From contig CM052837.1 of assembly GCA_028534125.1 (NCBI GenBank), forward strand, positions 36,332,001 to 36,396,000: a stretch of 64,000 nucleotides of DNA, written 5' to 3'. Shown piece after piece: positions 62,621 to 64,000 of the stretch. This stretch comes from Lama glama. Lineage: Eukaryota. The translations under genes were made by a program, and so were the position numbers. Within the stretch, counting starts at the first letter, position 1. The number at the start of each line of letters is the position of its first letter. Under the pieces are notes generated by a model. That model saw only the letters and a list, made by a program, of their open reading frames with translations. It had not been told where the DNA came from and did no database searches.

Positions 62621-64000
62621 AGCTTATAGCAGCCAGGGCACTCAGTGAGAGCTCAGTGGGAGGTCCCCGAGACGAACCTCACAGGTTGGGGCAGCGGGGA
62701 CTGGGGCCTGCAGAGCTGGCCTGCTCCCTGGGCCTCTGAGTCGTCTGCTGCCTGGCTGCTGGGAGCACGGGGCCCGGGGTGGAAGCGAGGGTGAGGGGGT
62801 GAGGGGCAGCGTGAGGGACGAGGGGCGGCTCTTCGCACATCGGACGCAGCAGACCACAGAGCCTGGGCAAGACAGCTCTGCAGTACCCCACTGGGTCGGC
62901 CTGCAGGAAAGAAGCTGGCAGCCCTTCCTGCTTCATCCTTGCTGGGGAGACCCCCTGGGGCCTCGGCCTCCATGCAGGCAAAGGAGAGGCTGAGGTGCGG
63001 GGGCTCAGAGGCTGCAGGGAGCACAGAGGGTTTGAAGAGCTGAAGGGAGCATGGAGTCGGCCCTGGGTCTGACATGTCTTCACTGCCTGCCCTTCTCCCC
63101 TAAGGACAGTGCTCGGGTGGAGACACTGAACACAAGGGAAGAAGTCTCAGGAGGGCTCCCCAGAGGAGAGGCAGCCTCCAGAAGTCTGACCCGAGGGAGG
63201 CTCAGGGGCCCCCAGGGGGCCGGAGAGGAATACATGCCCTTCTCTAAGGAAGGGGACCCCTGAGCCCCAGGAAGTCCCCCTGCATGGCCCAGCCTGTGGC
63301 TCTGGGTGTGCCTGCCTCCCAGGGCTGGCCGTTAAGTGTTTGCTGGATGAATAAATGAAACCAGTTCATCTATGCAGGTTCTCTCCATGGGTTAAAAATG
63401 CATAAGCCACGGACGAAACCAGAAAGAGGGGAGAAGACAGGCCTTTCTCCAAGGAGCCTTCCCCGGAGCTCTGCGCGGGGTTGGCGTGGGCTGGCACGAG
63501 GCCTCAGGAGGGTCCCCAAATCCAGCAGTAGGGGGCCGGTCCCAGCCTGGGAACCTTCGCTGCACCCTCTAGAGTGCTCAGTGGGGCTGTGACCCACCAG
63601 TGTTACTGCGGCTGGGACCTGAACCAAGCACACACCAGGAGTCCCGGCCAGCACTGCTCCAGGGCCTTTGGACCAGGGCTTGCCCCGATCAGACCCTGAA
63701 CAGTCAGTGTCAAACCCTAAGGGCCTCTGAGCCTGGCCAGAGGTGGGGACAGCTGCTCTGATAAGCGCTAGGACCAGAGGCTTGAAGCACTGGGTGAGGA
63801 GGGGAGAGGATCGCCCGTGTGGCAGCAGGGGGACGATGCCCAGCTCTGCACAGCCCTGCTCCAGGGCCCTCTCCCCAGCTGCAGCTGCACCCAACCCCAG
63901 AGCTCCCCACTGTGGACCCACCCCCGCAGGAGCCTGTCCTGCTCTGTGCCTCTTGCCCAGAGCTTGCCCACATCGTGTCAGAGCACAAATGCCTTGCCCG

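Noticed and set aside
57600-64000. Start of OSBPL2, expected by synteny
   Set aside because: No recognisable exon or large CpG island before the window ends

Overview
GC-rich mammalian genomic DNA, not prokaryotic. It carries the gene order known from human 20q13.33: PSMA7 (minus strand, exons 1-4; the 3' exons lie left of the window), head-to-head with SS18L1/CREST (plus, 11 coding exons, 402 aa), then MTG2/GTPBP5 (plus, 6 coding exons, 393 aa), then HRH3 (minus, 3 coding exons, 449 aa). I placed exon boundaries by reading splice sites and checking reading-frame phase. Four tRNA-derived SINEs resemble camelid Vic-1, so the species is probably a camel, alpaca or llama (inference). There is a 500-N gap at 11619-12118. 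I found no new protein-coding system, and most ORFs in the track are GC-content artefacts. The best leads are regulatory: (1) apparent rewiring of HRH3 alternative splicing, with the intracellular-loop-3 (ICL3) donor lost and the 3'UTR acceptor shifted to give a 23-aa basic tail; (2) an exact 86-bp copy of an old MER3 fragment just upstream of the MTG2 start-codon exon; (3) GC-AG introns in both SS18L1 and MTG2; (4) uORFs in SS18L1 and HRH3; (5) a canonical RE1 site at HRH3 and an RE1-like array in SS18L1; (6) several G-rich tandem repeats. All comparisons to human, mouse and rat sequences, and all repeat-family names, are from memory and need alignment to confirm.
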